Of a stretch of DNA of 64,000 nucleotides, positions 26,161 through 35,258 are shown one piece after another; within the stretch, counting starts at the first letter, position 1; each line of letters starts with the position of its first letter. Source of the stretch: Deinococcales bacterium (GTDB taxonomy: Bacteria; Deinococcota; Deinococci; Deinococcales; JAAFIG01); assembly GCA_043778225.1 (NCBI GenBank), contig JAYWGM010000061.1:17844-81843 (forward strand), read 5' to 3'. The notes below the pieces were generated by a model that saw only the letters and a list, made by a program, of their open reading frames with translations, ran no database searches and was not told the origin of the DNA. A program made the translations under genes and the position numbers.

Positions 26161-26888
26161 TTTTTTTCCTCAAGACCCAAATACGCCTCGATGACTGCTT
26201 GGTTTTGTGTCACTTCGAGGTATGTGCCACTTGCCAAGACCTCGCCATGATCCATCACCATCACACGGTCTGCCAATTGACGAACCACGTGCATCAGATG
26301 CTCGATAAACAAAACACTGATACCAGAAGCGCGAATCACTTGAATCACTTCAACTGCCTCGAGTGCCTCGCTCGGGCGCAAACCCGCCATAACCTCATCG
26401 AGTAACAGCACTTTGGGGTTGGTGGCTAAGGCTCGCGCCATCTCGAGCCGTTTATCCTCGAGCAGGCTTAAATTATGGGCAGCGACATCGCGTTTGGGCA
26501 TTAATCCAGTTAATAAAAGCACCTCTTCGGCACGAGCCAGCGCCGCTTTCATTGGTAAATCGGCAGCAAACAATGCACCGACTGCCACATTCTCCAATAC
26601 CGTCATCTCTGGAAAAGGCTGAGCAATCTGAAAAGCCCTGCCTAAACCCAGTTTGGCTCGAGTTTCTGGGCTGGCTTTGGTGATGTCGGTCTGCTCGAGC
26701 ATTAACGAACCAGAATCAGGCGCATAAACCCCAGAAAGTAAATTTAAAAAAGTGGTTTTGCCTGCCCCATTTGGACCAATCACGCCAAGAATCTCGCCTC
26801 TTTGCAATTCGAGCGAAAGGTTGTTGACCGCCATCAGTCCACCAAAGCGTTTGGATAAAGCTGTGGCTTGCAAGATTACTTTTTCCAT
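26157..26888 (-). CDS. livG: Branched-chain amino acid ABC transporter ATPase
   Basis: KRFGGL.AV, IGPNGAGKTT, LLLDE, IEH, VIEAYLG. Confidence 0.92.
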   Translation of the reverse strand: MEKVILQATALSKRFGGLMAVNNLSLELQRGEILGVIGPNGAGKTTFLNLLSGVYAPDSGSLMLEQTDITKASPETRAKLGLGRAFQIAQPFPEMTVLENVAVGALFAADLPMKAALARAEEVLLLTGLMPKRDVAAHNLSLLEDKRLEMARALATNPKVLLLDEVMAGLRPSEALEAVEVIQVIRASGISVLFIEHLMHVVRQLADRVMVMDHGEVLASGTYLEVTQNQAVIEAYLGLEEKK

Positions 26889-27772
26889 AAACTCAGCAAT
26901 CCCTTGGGTAAAAATAAAATCGAAAGCACCAGAATAACGCCGTAACCAATTAAGTAGCCTTGAGGGATAACCAAGCGCAACAGTTCCTCGAGAATTCGCA
27001 ACACCACGGCTGCCAAAATAGGACCCGCCGTGCTGTACAAGCCACCAAAAATTGGCATCACGAGTGCAGTCACGCTGACCGAGGCACTAAAGGCTTCGGG
27101 CGGCGTGATGTAAAACGTTTTTCCAGCCGCATATGCGCCGACCAAACCAACAAAAAAACTCGAGATGACAAACGACTGCAATTTGACTTTGGTGGCATTG
27201 ACCCCCAGCACTCGAGCCACCAACTCCCCCTGACGAATGGCGGTGGCGGCAAAACCCAGCTTAGAGCGTTTGGAAAGTTCAGAAATCACGACCAACGCAA
27301 GCAGCATGGCTAAACCCAAAAAGTATAAAGTCAAAAAACCGCCACCAAATAAGGCTGGCACAAGTAAACCCTGTGAACCACCCGTAAATGGTAACTGATT
27401 GATGATTGTTTTTAAGACTTCGGCAAAACTAAGTGTGGCAATCGCAAAGTACATCCCGTGTAAGCGCAGCGTTACGACACCGAGCAATAAACTGGCGAGG
27501 CTCGAGAACACCCCAGCCGCCAGAAACGCAATTGGTTGGGGGACACCAGCATTGGCAAGCAGCGCAAAGGTGTATGCGCCTAAGCCAAAGAAAGCCGCAT
27601 GAGCTAAAGAAAGTTGACCTGTTCGAGCCAGAAAATCCCATGATAAGGCAAGGACAGCGCTCGAGAGGACAAAAAGCGAGATTTGTTGAATAAAGGCGGT
27701 GCGGTCGCCTAGGGGTAGGAATGGGAAGGCAAAGGCGAAGAGCAAGGCAGCTAGTGGAAGAGGCTTTAGCAT
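26876..27772 (-). CDS. livM: Branched-chain amino acid ABC transporter permease
   Basis: TGQLSLAHAAFFGLGAY, LRL.G.YFAIATL, TGGSQG. Confidence 0.9.
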   Translation of the reverse strand: MLKPLPLAALLFAFAFPFLPLGDRTAFIQQISLFVLSSAVLALSWDFLARTGQLSLAHAAFFGLGAYTFALLANAGVPQPIAFLAAGVFSSLASLLLGVVTLRLHGMYFAIATLSFAEVLKTIINQLPFTGGSQGLLVPALFGGGFLTLYFLGLAMLLALVVISELSKRSKLGFAATAIRQGELVARVLGVNATKVKLQSFVISSFFVGLVGAYAAGKTFYITPPEAFSASVSVTALVMPIFGGLYSTAGPILAAVVLRILEELLRLVIPQGYLIGYGVILVLSILFLPKGLLSLWKK

Positions 27773-27776
27773 CGCC

Positions 27777-28634
27777 TCACGCCCCCCGCCAACTGCGCCA
27801 AATCAGCGTCGAAAAAATCAGCGCAAAGAAAACCGCTTCAGCCCAGCCGCCACCATCAGGTGCATAGGTTTGGACATAAGCCTCAGTCAGCCCCAAAATT
27901 ACGGCGGCTGGAATCACGCCGCGCAAATTGCCCAGCCCCGCCATCACAATCACCGCAAAGGCTTTAAGCGTATAAATTAAACCCACATAAGGACTGGCAT
28001 AGAGCAGCACACTAACCATCACCCCAGCCATACCCGCCAGCGCACTCGAGATTCCAAAAGCAATCAGGTAGAGCCTATCTACCTCGAGTCCAATCAGCAC
28101 TGCGCCAATTCGATTTTGAGCAATCGCTTGCATTGCTTTGCCTGTGCGGGTCTTTGAAAGCATGGTGTAGAGCGCCAGCATAATCAGGGCAGCCAACAAA
28201 AAAGATGCGCCACGGGCATAACCGATGCTCAAGCCAAAAAATTGCAAGCTCGAGCCTTGGTACTCGAGATTTAAGGTGCGCGGAGTGCTGCCATAGATTT
28301 GCAGCGCAAGGTTGGTCAGGATAATCCCAATTCCAAAAGTCAGCAGCATTTGATTGAGTTCTGGGGCTTTCAGGACATGGCGTAAAGTCGTGCGGTAAAC
28401 AAAAGCGCCAAAGGCAAACATGATGGCTGTGACCATAAAAAAACCAAGAATCGGGTCTATGCCAAGGGCTGTCAAGAGTGCATAACTCAGAAACGTACCA
28501 ACCATTAAAAACTCGCCGTGGGCAAAATTAACGATTCCGACCACACCAACAGCCAAAGCCAAGCCCGTTGCTACCAAAGCATAGATACCACTTTGCAATA
28601 AGCCATTCAAAAATGTTTGAACCAATAATTCCAC
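27777..28634 (-). CDS. livH: Branched-chain amino acid ABC transporter permease
   Basis: NGL...IYAL.A.GL.L..G...IVNFAHGE, LKAF...V.AGLG. Confidence 0.9.
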   Translation of the reverse strand: MELLVQTFLNGLLQSGIYALVATGLALAVGVVGIVNFAHGEFLMVGTFLSYALLTALGIDPILGFFMVTAIMFAFGAFVYRTTLRHVLKAPELNQMLLTFGIGIILTNLALQIYGSTPRTLNLEYQGSSLQFFGLSIGYARGASFLLAALIMLALYTMLSKTRTGKAMQAIAQNRIGAVLIGLEVDRLYLIAFGISSALAGMAGVMVSVLLYASPYVGLIYTLKAFAVIVMAGLGNLRGVIPAAVILGLTEAYVQTYAPDGGGWAEAVFFALIFSTLIWRSWRGA

Positions 28635-28745
28635 TTTTTCTTCCTCGAGTTAATACGGGTTGTGAAACGAATGTTTCTATTGTCCTAACAAATCTTTGTT
28701 TGGTTTGTGTCTAAAGCTACAAAGTTTACCAATTGAGCCAATGGC

Positions 28746-30221
28746 TTACCAATCACGTTGGCGGTACGAAACGGCTTCTGCCAAATGTGACTCGAGAATA
28801 AACTCCGCGTTTTGTAAGTCGGCAATCGTCCGCGCCACCCGCAATACACGGTCGTAGCCACGACCAGACAAACCCATTTGCTTGGCAGCCGCCCGAATAA
28901 AATTTTCTGGGGCGGTTTCTAAATGGGCGTGTTTGCGTAGCTTTGCGCCCTGCAAAAAAGCATTGGCGGTGGCTTGACGGCGCTGCATTTGTTCTCGAGC
29001 CGCCCAAACTCGAGAACGGATAATGGCGGTGCTTTCGGATTCTGGCGATTTGGTCAGTTCGTCTGGGGAAAGTTTTTGGACATTGACCACCAAATCTATG
29101 CGGTCTAAAAGTGGTCCAGAAATTTTTGCCAAATAACGGCGTTGGGCTGGGTCGGAAGCATCGCGCCAATCACCGCTTGGGCTAGGATTCATGGCGGCAA
29201 TCAGTTGAAAAGCGGCTGGAAAAGTAACACTGGCTCTGGCTCGAGAAATCGTGATTTCGCGGTCTTCAAGTGGTTGGCGCAGGGCTTCTAAGGCATCGCG
29301 GGAGAACTCTGGGAATTCATCCAAAAACAGTATCCCATGATGCGCCAAGCTGACTTCGCCGGGGCGTGGAATCGTCCCGCCGCCAATCAGACCAGCATCG
29401 GAAATCGAATGGTGTGGTGAACGAAAAGGCGCGGTTCGCAACAATCCTTTGGGCATTCGACCAGCCGCTGAGTGAATCCGTGTGACCTCGAGCGCTTCGG
29501 TATTGGAAAGCACCGGACACAAGCCAATCGCACGGCGGGCAATCATCGTTTTACCACTGCCGGGCGGTCCAATCAGCAATAAATTATGGTGTCCAGCCAC
29601 CGCAATCTCGAGGGCGCGACGGGCTTGGGCTTGGGCTTTGATGTCCGCCATATCGAGTAAACTGTTCATATCTGGCACAAGCACTTCGGCAGCGCTTGGC
29701 AAAAGGGTCTGGCGACCCGAGAAATGCTGGACTGCCTCGAGCAAACTGCTGGGCGCAAAAACTTCTATGCCCTCGAGAACTGCCGCTTCACCAGCGTTGG
29801 CGGGGGGCAGCATCACACGGCTGCGTTTTTGTTGCAGCGCTGCTAAGGCAATGTTAATTGCACTCGAGACAGGGCGTACCGTACCATCCAACGCCAATTC
29901 GCCAGCAATCAGGTACTGGCTTAGCACCTCGAGCGGTAAATGCCCTTGGGCAGCCAGCAGCGCCAGCGCTATCGGCAGGTCAAAACTCGAGCCTTCTTTA
30001 CGCACATCGGCAGGCGCTAAATTAACTGTAATCCGCGAGGCGGGAAACTGAAACCCACTGTTTTTAATGGCAGCCCGTACACGGTCGCGGCTTTCTTGAA
30101 CAGCCGCATCGGGTAAACCCACCACCGTAAAATTGGGCAGCCCGTGTGCCACATCCACTTCGATTTCGATGGGAATGGCATTCACGCCAATCACGGCGGC
30201 ACTAAAGGCTTTGGCTAACAA
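28746..30221 (-). CDS. comM: YifB/ComM family Mg-chelatase-like AAA+ ATPase
   Basis: [48 protein letters not shown]. Confidence 0.93.
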   Translation of the reverse strand: MLAKAFSAAVIGVNAIPIEIEVDVAHGLPNFTVVGLPDAAVQESRDRVRAAIKNSGFQFPASRITVNLAPADVRKEGSSFDLPIALALLAAQGHLPLEVLSQYLIAGELALDGTVRPVSSAINIALAALQQKRSRVMLPPANAGEAAVLEGIEVFAPSSLLEAVQHFSGRQTLLPSAAEVLVPDMNSLLDMADIKAQAQARRALEIAVAGHHNLLLIGPPGSGKTMIARRAIGLCPVLSNTEALEVTRIHSAAGRMPKGLLRTAPFRSPHHSISDAGLIGGGTIPRPGEVSLAHHGILFLDEFPEFSRDALEALRQPLEDREITISRARASVTFPAAFQLIAAMNPSPSGDWRDASDPAQRRYLAKISGPLLDRIDLVVNVQKLSPDELTKSPESESTAIIRSRVWAAREQMQRRQATANAFLQGAKLRKHAHLETAPENFIRAAAKQMGLSGRGYDRVLRVARTIADLQNAEFILESHLAEAVSYRQRDW

Positions 30222-30258
30222 AAGAACCTCGACATGAGGTGGCTAGTCTAACTTAAAT

Positions 30259-31791
30259 CTACTTGGCTTTGGCGTTGATTGTTTTGACGGGCTTACTGCT
30301 CGAGCTTGGTATCTGGCTGGCATTCTTGGCATTGATTTCGGCTGCCCGTACCGCCACTTGTTTTTCGACTCGTTGGAGCATAATCCACTGCTGGAATGCA
30401 CCAATAAAGCCACCGATTACGCCATACATCGTCACACCGCTCGGGAAAGAGAGGTAAATAAAGGCGAAAACAAATTGAATAATTAGCATTTGCCGAAACA
30501 TTTCTGGGGTTTTACGGGTGCTGAGCCATGTTGCCAGCACACTCGAAGCGAGGTACAGGACTGGCAAAATATAAAATGGGTCAGGCAAACCAAGGTCGGG
30601 TAGCCACAAGAAACCTTGGTCAAATTCATAGTTACTAAAAATTTTCCATAAAACCAAGAAGACGGGCATCTGGGCAAAAGCTGGCAGACAGCCCGCCACA
30701 GGGTTAATCCCGTTCTGCGAATAGATTTTCATGGTTTCTTCTTGCAGCTTTTGTGGGTCTTCTTTGTACTTTTCTTTGAGTTCAACTAAAAATGGTTGTA
30801 AGGCTTGCATCTCGGCGCTCGAGCGGTACTGCGTCATCAGCAAAGGTGTGATGAGAAGCCGAATAATCACGGTTAAAATAATAATCGCTAAGCCCCAATT
30901 GCCGACCAGATTATTGACGGCTTCAAATACGCCAATCAAAAAGAGCGATAACTGCCCGAAAATATTAGGCTGAAACAAACCCGGCAAGGTATCGTGCTTT
31001 TCTTGATGCAAACGAACAAGTTCGTTGAAACCACCATAGACTGCAAATTTACTGACGGTGTTACCAGCCAAGGTTAGGGCAATGCTCGAGATTTCAAGTT
31101 TTTCGGCTGCGCCATTGTTGAAGCGCTCGATTTGCCGTGTGCCAACTTTAGCGGGGACTGGTTGCTCTGGGCGCACCACAATTGCCTGACCATTTGGGTT
31201 AATCAAACTGGTGCAGCACTGCAAACTGGCGTAAACAGCCTGTTTGACCTCACCAGCCACAATTGGCTGGGTTGTCCCAGTCTCGAGGGCTTTGACAGCT
31301 GCACGGGTATCGCCACCCAAACCAAAAAACTCAAGCTGATAATTGGCTACGCCACTGACTTTGGTCTCGAGTTGCAGGGTTAAGCGCCTCGAGTTGATGA
31401 TATATTTCTTTTCAATGCTGGCATTGCCTTGGGTGTACTTAAAGACAGCCGTTAAAAATGCCCCACCATCGGCTGTTTTCTCTAGGTTGGTGACTGGCTT
31501 CTCGGTTTTGAACACGCCAACTAAAGGAATTAAGCCCGCTTTCACGCCAACTGGTAAAAGATTTGGCTTACCTGCGTAGTTGCTGTTGTAATCCGTTCCT
31601 TTAACAATTTTTTCGTACCAGCCAACAATTTCGCCTTGGTCATTAAAAGCAATATCCGATAAATTTCCAACCGCGACGGTCTCGAGTGTCCCGTCTTTGT
31701 TGACATCCACCGATTTCCAAGCAGCTTGTAGTGCAAATGCTGGCGTGGCAAATAGCAAAGCAGCCAACGCCGCAAAAAATAATTTCCTCAT
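30259..31791 (-). CDS. yidC: Membrane protein insertase YidC
   Basis: GNWGLAII.LT..IR, LQP...LK.KY..D, GINP.AGCLP...Q.P, FLWLPDL..PDP. Confidence 0.94.
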   Translation of the reverse strand: MRKLFFAALAALLFATPAFALQAAWKSVDVNKDGTLETVAVGNLSDIAFNDQGEIVGWYEKIVKGTDYNSNYAGKPNLLPVGVKAGLIPLVGVFKTEKPVTNLEKTADGGAFLTAVFKYTQGNASIEKKYIINSRRLTLQLETKVSGVANYQLEFFGLGGDTRAAVKALETGTTQPIVAGEVKQAVYASLQCCTSLINPNGQAIVVRPEQPVPAKVGTRQIERFNNGAAEKLEISSIALTLAGNTVSKFAVYGGFNELVRLHQEKHDTLPGLFQPNIFGQLSLFLIGVFEAVNNLVGNWGLAIIILTVIIRLLITPLLMTQYRSSAEMQALQPFLVELKEKYKEDPQKLQEETMKIYSQNGINPVAGCLPAFAQMPVFLVLWKIFSNYEFDQGFLWLPDLGLPDPFYILPVLYLASSVLATWLSTRKTPEMFRQMLIIQFVFAFIYLSFPSGVTMYGVIGGFIGAFQQWIMLQRVEKQVAVRAAEINAKNASQIPSSSSKPVKTINAKAK

Positions 31792-31849
31792 CTAAGCTCC
31801 TTACGCACCCACAAACCAAGAAGTTCCCAAACTCGAGTTTGTGTTTATT

Positions 31850-32110
31850 TCATTCTGGGACATGGTCTATGCCGCCCGGGTGAAACGGCTGACATTTTAG
31901 AATTCTTTTGACCGCTAAGAAAGTACCTTTGACCGCACCGTGTCGCTCTACCGCCACCAACGCATATTGCGAGCAGCTTGGATAAAATCGGCAACTCGGC
32001 GCACCTTTTAAGGGCGATAAAAACTTTTGATAACCCGTGATGCTCGCCAACATGGCTCGAGCCGCCAAACTGTGGCGCTTGCTGTCGCGGTTCTTAAAAG
32101 GGTCAGTCAT
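31850..32110 (-). CDS. yidD: Membrane protein insertion efficiency factor YidD
   Basis: [30 protein letters not shown]; start set at ATG 32110 because upstream is a repeat tract. Confidence 0.92.
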   Translation of the reverse strand: MTDPFKNRDSKRHSLAARAMLASITGYQKFLSPLKGAPSCRFYPSCSQYALVAVERHGAVKGTFLAVKRILKCQPFHPGGIDHVPE

Positions 32111-32169
32111 AGGGGGAAAGGTGAAAAGGTTTTCACTTTTCACCTTTTCACCTTTCTGCCTTTTAACCT

Positions 32170-32565
32170 TCACTTTAACCCTGCCTTTCGCATTGCGGCG
32201 TATAAGGCTTTGACGATTTCTGGATAGCGGGCTTTGGCGGCTTCTGGATTGGCAATAATCATCGCCTCGAGTGGCGGTAAATCCATGCGCCGCAGCGCTT
32301 CGCGGATACGGCGGCGGATTCGATTACGAAAAACCGCATTGCCCACTTTTTTGGAGACCACAATCCCAACAAACAGCCCCTTTTTACTTGGAATCCATTT
32401 GAGGCTAAGGCAATGGGCGCGACCGGGTTTACCTTTATTGCGAACACGGCGAAAACGCCAGTCTTTGGTCAATCCCTCGAGCTTGGTGGGCTTAAAAGGC
32501 GCACGAGTGCTACTATTGCCACCAACGACACGAGCCTCGAGCAAGGTCTCTCGAGGCTCAGTCAT
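32170..32565 (-). CDS. rnpA: Ribonuclease P protein component
   Basis: [23 protein letters not shown] (RNR motif); position after rpmH. Confidence 0.93.
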   Translation of the reverse strand: MTEPRETLLEARVVGGNSSTRAPFKPTKLEGLTKDWRFRRVRNKGKPGRAHCLSLKWIPSKKGLFVGIVVSKKVGNAVFRNRIRRRIREALRRMDLPPLEAMIIANPEAAKARYPEIVKALYAAMRKAGLK

Positions 32566-32574
32566 GACAAATCC

Positions 32575-32727
32575 TTACTTGAAACGTGGTGATTGAACAG
32601 CGATGGTCGAACGACCCTTCGCACGACGGCGTGACAAAACACTGCGACCAGTGGATGTAGACATACGAGCGCGAAAACCGTGGGTCTTAGCGCGTTTACG
32701 ACGATTTGGTTGCCAAGTACGTTTCAT
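32575..32727 (-). CDS. rpmH: 50S ribosomal protein L34 (missed by the ORF track)
   Basis: Manual translation [50 protein letters not shown]. Confidence 0.97.
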   Translation of the reverse strand: MKRTWQPNRRKRAKTHGFRARMSTSTGRSVLSRRRAKGRSTIAVQSPRFK

Positions 32728-32803
32728 AATGAACCCCTAATAAACCTCGAACTCTCGAGGCAGCCTCGAGACAATAGCAAATAAAGTAGTATGGCGCAAG
32801 GGT

Positions 32804-33457
32804 CTAGCCACGCAGGAAACCACCCAAGTCGCCGTCCTCGAGGGCTGGTAAATCCTCCAAAGCCGGCAGACCAAACTCGAGCAAGAATTTTTCGGTGGTG
32901 GCATAGAGCATTGGTCTACCAATCACGTCTTTGCGCCCAACGACTTTAACCAATTCGCGTTCTTGCAATGTTTCTAAAGTGCTGGAAGCCCCAGCCCCGC
33001 GCATCAGTTCAACTTCGCCACGAGTGATGGGTTGCTTGTATGCCACAATCGCCAAAGTCTCGAGCGCGGCATTGGATAGGGTTGGCAAGGGCGGCGGCGA
33101 TAAAAGTGGCTCGAGGGCTGGTACAACATCTCGCGCCACAATTAAACGATACCCACCCGCCACAGCTTCAATGTCAAAACCAAGCGCACTTTCACGAAAA
33201 CGCTTTTTGAGCATTTCAATCAGTCGGTGCGCCGATTCGGTTGGTAAGCCCAACAAATGCCCGATTTCTTTGGGTTTGAGCGGTCGTCCAACGGCTAAAA
33301 GTGCTGCCGAAAGTACCTCGAGCAAACGAAATTCGACAGGTAAAGCCGATGGGATGTCTGGCGAGTTCGTATCTGAGTCCTCGAGCAGCAAGTTCGTGTC
33401 TAAGTTCTCGAGCAGCAAGTTCGTATCTGAATCCTCGGGTGTGGTGATGTCTGACAT
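32804..33457 (-). CDS. scpB: SMC-Scp complex subunit ScpB
   Basis: [27 protein letters not shown]...RG, GRP.LY.TT.KFL..FGL; start ATG 33457. Confidence 0.94.
   Translation of the reverse strand: MSDITTPEDSDTNLLLENLDTNLLLEDSDTNSPDIPSALPVEFRLLEVLSAALLAVGRPLKPKEIGHLLGLPTESAHRLIEMLKKRFRESALGFDIEAVAGGYRLIVARDVVPALEPLLSPPPLPTLSNAALETLAIVAYKQPITRGEVELMRGAGASSTLETLQERELVKVVGRKDVIGRPMLYATTEKFLLEFGLPALEDLPALEDGDLGGFLRG
33364..33437 (-). repeat. 27-bp tandem repeat (~2.7 copies) in the scpB 5' end
   Basis: AGTTCGTATCTGAGTCCTCGAGCAGCA / AGTTCGTGTCTAAGTTCTCGAGCAGCA / AGTTCGTATCTGAATCCTCG; encodes [13 protein letters not shown] units. Confidence 0.9.
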
Positions 33458-33463
33458 TCTTTG

Positions 33464-33471
33464 ATTATAAT
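33464..33471. promoter_or_regulatory. Bidirectional -10 element shared by scpB and tlpA
   Basis: Palindrome ATTATAAT gives TATAAT on both strands, 6 nt and 5 nt from the two divergent ATGs. Confidence 0.75.
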
Positions 33472-33476
33472 ACCCC

Positions 33477-33998
33477 ATGAAAAAATGGTTTTTAGGGCTG
33501 CTTTTGTGCTTGAGTGGTTTTTCCAGTGCTGCACCTCGAGACATATGGCTGGATTTAACCGCGCCAAGTTTTACCTTGACCTCGAATAACGGAAAAACTG
33601 TGCGGCTTGAGGACTTTCGTGGTAAACCAGTGGTCTTAAATTTCTGGGCTTCATGGTGTGGACCATGCCGTGGCGAATTTCCGGGTTTACATACGGTTTG
33701 GCAGCGCAATCAAGCCCAAGTCGAGTTTTTGGCGGTGGCTATTTCTGAGGCTCGAGAAACCAGCCTGAAATTTATGCGCGATAATAAATACACTTTTACG
33801 GTGCTGACCGACCCTGAATCTGGTGGCAACACCGAACCAACCAAAGACGTAGCGAATCGTTATGGTATCGAAGCCATTCCGACCACCTATTTTATAGATG
33901 CCAATGGCGTTGTGCGCCGCACCGTTTTGGGTAGCATGAACACTTTGGATTTTCGTGATTTCTTGCGTGAAATTGGGGTCAATGACCTTGGTCGTTGA
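33477..33998 (+). CDS. TlpA/ResA-like thiol-disulfide oxidoreductase (exported)
   Basis: Signal peptide; [31 protein letters not shown]. Confidence 0.92.
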   Translation: MKKWFLGLLLCLSGFSSAAPRDIWLDLTAPSFTLTSNNGKTVRLEDFRGKPVVLNFWASWCGPCRGEFPGLHTVWQRNQAQVEFLAVAISEARETSLKFMRDNKYTFTVLTDPESGGNTEPTKDVANRYGIEAIPTTYFIDANGVVRRTVLGSMNTLDFRDFLREIGVNDLGR

Positions 33999-34063
33999 AC
34001 CTTTTGAATTTGGCTTGCGTAAGTTAGTCAACTCGAGCCAAATTCGAGACCTTTGGAGGATGT

Positions 34064-34453
34064 ATGAAAAAATGGATGCTGGGCTTGGCTGGTCTTTTGG
34101 CTGTTTCGGTGGCGCTTGCCCAGTCCGACACAATGGTGAAGTCCAGTAACTATCTGGCGTATAGCAAGGAAGCCTTTGACAAAGCCAGTTCTCAAAAACG
34201 AGTTTTATTTTTTGCCGCCAGTTGGTGTCCAAGCTGTCGGGCTGCCGACAAGAATTTTAATGAGAACCTCAAGAAAATCCCCGAGAACACAATTATTTTT
34301 AAGACCGATTACGATACCGAAACCACCCTGAAAACCAAATACAAAATTACCCGCCAACACAGCTTTGTCTTTGTGGATGCAAAAGGTGTTGCCTTAAAAT
34401 CATGGGCTGGCGGCGGTATCGAAGAATTGTTGGTCAACACCACGACCAAGTAA
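34064..34453 (+). CDS. Exported thioredoxin-family protein
   Basis: Signal peptide; FFAASWCPSC; KYKITRQH. Confidence 0.88.
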   Translation: MKKWMLGLAGLLAVSVALAQSDTMVKSSNYLAYSKEAFDKASSQKRVLFFAASWCPSCRAADKNFNENLKKIPENTIIFKTDYDTETTLKTKYKITRQHSFVFVDAKGVALKSWAGGGIEELLVNTTTK

Positions 34454-34470
34454 ATTCACCCAGCCAAGGA

Positions 34471-34500
34471 GCGGGTGGCTCGAGTCACCCGCCTTTTTTT
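34471..34500 (+). terminator. Intrinsic terminator-like hairpin centred on CTCGAG
   Basis: GCGGGTGGC-TCGA-GTCACCCGC followed by a T7 tract. Confidence 0.7.
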
Positions 34501-34511
34501 ATTGGAGTCTG

Positions 34512-35258
34512 ATGCTCACCACGACATTCTTTGCATTTTTATCTGGGATTTTGACCGTCGCTTCGCCTTGTGTACTACCAGTTTTGCCGTTTTTGCTGTC
34601 GGGTTCAATTGGTGGAAAATCGCGCCCTTACGGCATCATTGCTGGGTTTATTGCTTCGTTTACCATTTTTACGCTTTTCCTCTCGAGCATTGTTCAAGTG
34701 CTAGGCGTTTCGCCAGATGCCCTGCGCTTGGTCAGCATTGGTTTGCTATTGATTTTTGGGCTGGTGCTGTGTGTCCCGCAATTGCACACCATCTACGAGC
34801 GTTACTCGAGTCAAGCGATGGGTGGGTTAAGTAGCCTTGGACAAGGTAAAAATAATGGTTTTGGCGGTGGTATTATGGTTGGGGCGACCCTTGGTTTACT
34901 CTGGACTCCATGTGTTGGTCCGATTATGGCGAGCGTGATTACTTTAGCGCTGTCCAATGCAGTCACGGCTCAGGCTTTTATTGTCACTTTGGGCTTTTCG
35001 ATAGGCACAGCTATTCCAATGCTGGCGGTGATGCTTGGTGGTCGCAAATTATTAACTCGATTTAGTGGACTGATGAATAACTTAGGCAAAGTACAACAAG
35101 TTTTTGGCGTGGTGTTGGTAATTTTTGCAATCGGTACAGCCTTTAACTTAGACCGAGCCTTTCAGACATGGGTGCTGGATACTTTTCCAGCTTACTCGGA
35201 TTTTTTGGTCAGTTTAGAAGGCGCAGCCCCAGAAAAAGGTGTTCTCGAGCCAAAATAG
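34512..35258 (+). CDS. ccdA: CcdA/DsbD-family transmembrane electron transporter
   Basis: SPCVLPVLP and LLWTPCVGPI Cys-Pro motifs; about six TM helices. Confidence 0.9.
   Translation: MLTTTFFAFLSGILTVASPCVLPVLPFLLSGSIGGKSRPYGIIAGFIASFTIFTLFLSSIVQVLGVSPDALRLVSIGLLLIFGLVLCVPQLHTIYERYSSQAMGGLSSLGQGKNNGFGGGIMVGATLGLLWTPCVGPIMASVITLALSNAVTAQAFIVTLGFSIGTAIPMLAVMLGGRKLLTRFSGLMNNLGKVQQVFGVVLVIFAIGTAFNLDRAFQTWVLDTFPAYSDFLVSLEGAAPEKGVLEPK

Noticed and set aside
32170..32727. Thermus-type rnpA completely overlapping rpmH
   Set aside because: rnpA ATG is 9 nt after the rpmH stop in the same frame, so there is no overlap
33458..33709. Long N-terminal extension of ScpB in the ORF track
   Set aside because: Antisense to tlpA; the start at 33457 is supported by a -10 box
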